Assembly: GCA_002104905.1 (NCBI GenBank)
Contig: MCFE01000167.1
Location: forward strand, 82,156 to 146,155
Direction of reading: 5' to 3'
DNA from: Basidiobolus meristosporus CBS 931.73
Lineage: Eukaryota; Fungi; Basidiobolomycota
DNA: 64,000 nt
The position numbers and the translations under genes are program-made. The notes below the pieces were generated by a model, which was not told the origin of the DNA, searched no databases, and saw only the letters and a program-made list of their open reading frames with translations. Shown here one piece after another: positions 61,869-64,000 of this stretch (position 1 is the first letter of the stretch; every line of letters begins with the position of its first letter).

Positions 61869-63377
61869 TCAGGCAGAGGTTGTAGCTTCTTCAGAGAGAG
61901 CATTAACAATGTGACCTGCAGAGTCCCAGAGCTCTTCAAATGGTGCATCACTTAAGTCAGCAAGGAGGGAAATGGCATGGTTCTTGAGGAAGTATGCCAC
62001 ATCATAGGAGGGGGCTTGTCTCTTGATGGCAGCAAAGAAAGACAGAATGGCAACATGGGCTGGAGGCTTGTTGAACAGTAGAGAGTCAGAGGATTCAGAT
62101 TCTTCAGGCACTATCTTGAAGTCAGTTTTCAGCCAGTTAAGGTTCTTCTCCACAAAGGCAACAAATGGGTCAGCAATGTTTTGGTCTAGGATAACCTCCA
62201 GAATCTTCCCTTTTCTCCAGGCCAGGTTGACAATTCTTGAGAGCTGAATATTGCATGCCTTGAGTGCTTTCCTGATGTTGGAAATGGGGGTCCAGGGAAC
62301 TTGCTTCAAGTACACCACAGTCCAGGTAGAAGCTGGTGGTAGGTTTGCTGGGGGCTTGTAAGTCCTTCTGTGTTGCAATGGAGCTGCAGTAGTCAGATTG
62401 GAGTCCACATTCTCAGTAGAAGGTTTTCTTGATGTGTCTTGCTGAATAGTACTGGAGCTGGATGTGCTGATAATTCTTGCTAGAACCTTGCCTGCATAAG
62501 TCTGAGGTATAGCTGAGGTGACTGTAGAGGTGGTGGCAGCTGGTGCAGGTGGAGAGGCAGAGACTGAAGCAGGAACTGAGGTCACCTGGGAGAAGGCAGT
62601 AGAAGCAGGTTTTCTGGGAGGAACAGAGTTCACTATCCAGTTGTTCTGTAAAACACTGGAGTAGCTTTTCTGTGGAACAGGATCTTGCTCTTGAACAGGA
62701 ACAGAAACAGGAGGCTGGGGCTGAGCAGTAGTGGTAAGGCAGTGGCACTCCAAGGAAGCTTTTTGCAAGGCATCTCTGGCAGTTTTCAGGGCAGTATTGG
62801 CTTCATTCTTGAGCTTCTTGCATTGGGCATCCAGTCTCTTGTTTTCAATAGCCAGGGCAGTATTGGCAGCCTCTAAATCAGCAATTCTCTTCTCAATTGC
62901 AAGGAATCTCTGAAGAAATGCATCAGTAGAAGTGCTGGCATCTGGGAGAGCAGTGGCAGGAATAGAGTCCATTGACAGTGGGCTTCTTGGAGGCAAGGAA
63001 AGTGGACTGGCAGATTCAGGCACAAAAGGAGATATCCTGGCAGGAGGAGAAGGAGTATCCAAGGCAGTAACAGAGGCAATTCTTGTTGGTGAAGCAGCAG
63101 CAGGGGAGGCAAGCCTGTTCAAAAACTGGGCAGGAGAGAGTGCTTGAGGAGAGGGAGTCTTCAGCTTGCCAAGCATGTCTTCCATCAGAGTGATACCAAT
63201 ATTCCTGGTGCATTTGCAGAGAAAAGTAAGCTTCCTGAGTCTGCCAGCTCTTCCATTCCTTCTGATAGTTCCTTTGTTTCCACAGTTGGGGCAAGAAATC
63301 TTCTTGACAGACTTGTCAAAGCAATCAAGAACCTTCCTTTCAGGTGTAGTGGGCTCCTGTTGAGGTTTTGGTGGCAT
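61869..63377 (-). CDS. LINE ORF1 (502 aa from ATG 63377): Zn-ribbon, coiled coil and putative RRM-like C-terminal domain
   Basis: CPNC...CKC motif, Pro/Ser-rich linkers, heptad coil FLAIEKRIADLEAANTALAIENKRL, and a globular WTVVYLKQVPW...LEVIL domain; located upstream of ORF2. Confidence 0.85.
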   Translation of the reverse strand: MPPKPQQEPTTPERKVLDCFDKSVKKISCPNCGNKGTIRRNGRAGRLRKLTFLCKCTRNIGITLMEDMLGKLKTPSPQALSPAQFLNRLASPAAASPTRIASVTALDTPSPPARISPFVPESASPLSLPPRSPLSMDSIPATALPDASTSTDAFLQRFLAIEKRIADLEAANTALAIENKRLDAQCKKLKNEANTALKTARDALQKASLECHCLTTTAQPQPPVSVPVQEQDPVPQKSYSSVLQNNWIVNSVPPRKPASTAFSQVTSVPASVSASPPAPAATTSTVTSAIPQTYAGKVLARIISTSSSSTIQQDTSRKPSTENVDSNLTTAAPLQHRRTYKPPANLPPASTWTVVYLKQVPWTPISNIRKALKACNIQLSRIVNLAWRKGKILEVILDQNIADPFVAFVEKNLNWLKTDFKIVPEESESSDSLLFNKPPAHVAILSFFAAIKRQAPSYDVAYFLKNHAISLLADLSDAPFEELWDSAGHIVNALSEEATTSA

Positions 63378-63446
63378 ATCCAGAGTTTCAGCTTCAAATT
63401 TCAATTTTTGAGATTTTTGGGTGATTTTTGATGGGCGGGATCAAAA

Positions 63447-63460
63447 TTAGGGTTAGGGTT
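63447..63460 (+). repeat. Short interstitial telomeric run TTAGGGTTAGGGTT
   Basis: Read directly from the sequence, between the LINE 5' UTR and the distal module. Confidence 0.9.
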
Positions 63461-63502
63461 GCGCGCTGTGACTGCTTTTTACGATCGCAAGGTCAGATCC
63501 TA

Positions 63503-63802
63503 GGAAAAAATAAAAATAGTTAGTAAAGGTGATTTAATGGATGGATGGATGGATTCGGAGTCAGATTCAATCAAAAAATCAAATCGTTGACTAATTTAAA
63601 GAGGAAAAAATAAAAATAGTTAGTAAAGGTGATTTAATGGATGGATGGATGGATTCGGAGTCAGATTCAATCAAAAAATCAAATCGTTGACTAATTTAAA
63701 GAGGAAAAAATAAAAATAGTTAGTAAAGGTGATTTAATGGATGGATGGATGGATTCGGAGTCAGATTCAATCAAAAAATCAAATCGTTGACTAATTTAAA
63801 GA
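63503..63802. repeat. Three exact tandem copies of a 100-bp subtelomeric unit
   Basis: The unit GGAAAAAATAAAAATAGTTAG...(GGAT)4...CTAATTTAAAGA starts at 63503, 63603 and 63703. Confidence 0.97.
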
Positions 63803-64000
63803 GGGTTAGGGTTAGGGTTAGGGTTAGGGTTAGGGTTAGGGTTAGGGTTAGGGTTAGGGTTAGGGTTAGGGTTAGGGTTAGGGTTAGGGTTAGGGTTAGG
63901 GTTAGGGTTAGGGTTAGGGTTAGGGTTAGGGTTAGGGTTAGGGTTAGGGTTAGGGTTAGGGTTAGGGTTAGGGTTAGGGTTAGGGTTAGGGTTAGGGTTA
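63803..64000 (+). repeat. Telomere, (GGGTTA)33
   Basis: 198 bp of perfect repeats running to the end of the window, with the G-rich strand 5'->3' toward the end. Confidence 0.99.

Larger units (their letters stand above)
59035..63446 (-). mobile_element. Apparently intact two-ORF APE-type non-LTR retrotransposon (LINE) at the chromosome end; 5' boundary uncertain (63446, or up to 63802)
   Basis: ORF1 plus ORF2 (APE+RT) and a ~63-nt 3' UTR with AATAAA and a hairpin. The 3' end abuts GGTTAGGG and the 5' side abuts TTAGGGTTAGGGTT. No LTRs and no poly(A). Confidence 0.93.

Overview
This is the last 64 kb of a fungal chromosome arm. It has intron-containing genes and ends in 33 perfect GGGTTA telomere repeats; the gene repertoire suggests an early-diverging fungus (inference). 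The window opens with the 3' end of a Ty1/copia element. About 45 kb of housekeeping genes follow: VPS23/TSG101, homeobox TF, DGAT2, UPF0014 permease, PHO85-type cyclin, F-BAR RhoGAP, SEC7, OS-9-like lectin, AMACR-like CoA transferase, kinesin-8, alpha-arrestin and an AEC/PIN-like transporter. Next is a decaying subtelomere with an mgtA-like pseudogene, a GH16 gene, a damaged AA11-CBM gene and three copia LTRs. The most striking part is the terminal 5.5 kb. A copia copy is cut off inside its polypurine tract and is followed, head-to-tail with 5' ends facing the telomere, by a ~520-bp tRNA-derived SINE-like element and an intact APE+RT non-LTR retrotransposon. Beyond these lie a short interstitial TTAGGG run, three exact 100-bp repeats and the telomere. 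The SINE and LINE share a 40-nt 3' end (35/40 identical) with a conserved stem-loop and a telomere-complementary CCCUAA tail, and neither has a poly(A) tail. The LINE's two ORFs are in frame, separated only by a UGA-CUA readthrough-type stop, and I found no CpG in 4.3 kb of the element. Together this looks like a telomere-targeted, possibly end-healing LINE/SINE pair coexisting with telomerase. All calls come from reading the sequence by eye; no searches were run, and exon boundaries are approximate.
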